Shown piece by piece: positions 5,176-5,477 of a stretch of 5,477 nucleotides of DNA (positions are counted from its first letter, which is position 1; each line of letters starts with the position of its first letter). Both the position numbers and the translations under genes were made by a program. This DNA is from a virus. A model generated the notes under the pieces. It searched no databases. It was not told the DNA's origin and saw nothing but the letters and a program-made list of their open reading frames with translations. Location of the stretch: positions 1-5,477 of IMG/VR virus record IMGVR_UViG_3300045988_096731; one strand, given 5' to 3'.

Positions 5176-5340
5176 ATGAGAAAAACTCGTAGTATTTATT
5201 GTTCAGATGATGAGTACAAGCATCTGAAGATCGCATTACGTTTTATGCGCGTTTTTGATGCGCTGTCGGTTGATGACTTGTCTGATGAGCAGCGGTCTAA
5301 GTATTTCCTGGAAATCATAAAAGGAGATGATGAAGAATGA
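5176..5340 (+). CDS. Hypothetical 54-aa protein (MRKTRSIYCSDDEYKHLKIALRFMRVFDALSVDDLSDEQRSKYFLEIIKGDDEE); possible small DNA-binding (ribbon-helix-helix-like) regulator
   Basis: Hand translation gives ATG at 5176 and TGA at 5338..5340. A GAGGTGAT Shine-Dalgarno at 5164..5171 lies just upstream. The ORF starts 20 nt after a strong promoter and its stop overlaps the next ATG (ATGA). It is too short to appear in the supplied ORF track. The basic N-terminus, putative strand-helix-helix pattern and acidic tail are only suggestive of function. Confidence 0.6.
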   Translation: MRKTRSIYCSDDEYKHLKIALRFMRVFDALSVDDLSDEQRSKYFLEIIKGDDEE

Positions 5341-5432
5341 AAGTTGGTACTCCGGTCGCGTTGTTTTGTTGGCTTGTACTAGCCATTTTAGTTGTCTCCT
5401 TAGTGATTAGTATATTGGATGTTTTTTTATAA
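5337..5432 (+). CDS. Hypothetical 31-aa single-pass membrane peptide (MKVGTPVALFCWLVLAILVVSLVISILDVFL)
   Basis: The ATG at 5337 overlaps the upstream stop (ATGA). AAGGAG at 5321..5326 lies exactly 10 nt before the ATG, the same spacing as the confirmed genes. An uninterrupted hydrophobic core of about 20 residues is present. The stop TAA is embedded in the SD (TAAGGAG) of the next gene. Confidence 0.55.
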   Translation: MKVGTPVALFCWLVLAILVVSLVISILDVFL

Positions 5433-5477
5433 GGAGTTGATGTTGTATGAAACGACAAAAAATGAGTAAAAAAAAGA
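5337..5477. repeat. Terminal redundancy, right copy (identical to 1..141)
   Basis: Same as the left copy. It contains a full second copy of the 31-aa ORF (5337..5432) and the first 31 nt of the basic-protein gene (5447..5477, truncated by the window end). Confidence 0.95.

Larger units (their letters stand above)
1..5336 (+). other. One complete unit of a circular Microviridae (gokushovirus-like) ssDNA phage genome
   Basis: Contains VP4, VP5, VP3, VP1 and VP2 homologues plus a small basic protein, all on one strand in the typical gokushovirus order. No phiX-type G spike or D external scaffold ORF is visible. The window ends repeat the window start exactly at an offset of 5336. Confidence 0.9.

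Overview
The window is one complete circular ssDNA phage genome of the family Microviridae with gokushovirus-type gene content. It has been linearised with a 141-nt terminal redundancy: 1..141 is identical to 5337..5477, so the unit length is 5336 nt. All credible genes are on the + strand, in the order: 54-aa ORF, 31-aa membrane peptide, small basic DNA-binding protein (ORF8/J-like), VP4 replication initiator, VP5, VP3 internal scaffold, VP1 major capsid, VP2 minor capsid/pilot. Almost every gene has a GGAG Shine-Dalgarno exactly 10 nt before its ATG. The core genes are conventional. The unexplained parts are: (i) a small cassette between VP2 and the basic-protein gene, made of a near-consensus sigma70 promoter overlapped by palindromes and direct repeats, a 54-aa possibly ribbon-helix-helix-like ORF, and an ATGA-coupled 31-aa single-TM peptide that is a candidate lysis or membrane effector; (ii) a perfect 12-bp hairpin upstream of VP1 whose loop carries ACTTGAT, the heptamer spanning the phiX174 origin nick site; (iii) an 8-mer, AAATGTCA, present five times and only in intergenic regions or at gene boundaries; (iv) a TM-encoding ORF embedded out of frame in VP5; (v) tandem duplications in the VP1 hypervariable loop. 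All functional assignments rest on remembered family motifs and by-eye reading. No database search was run.
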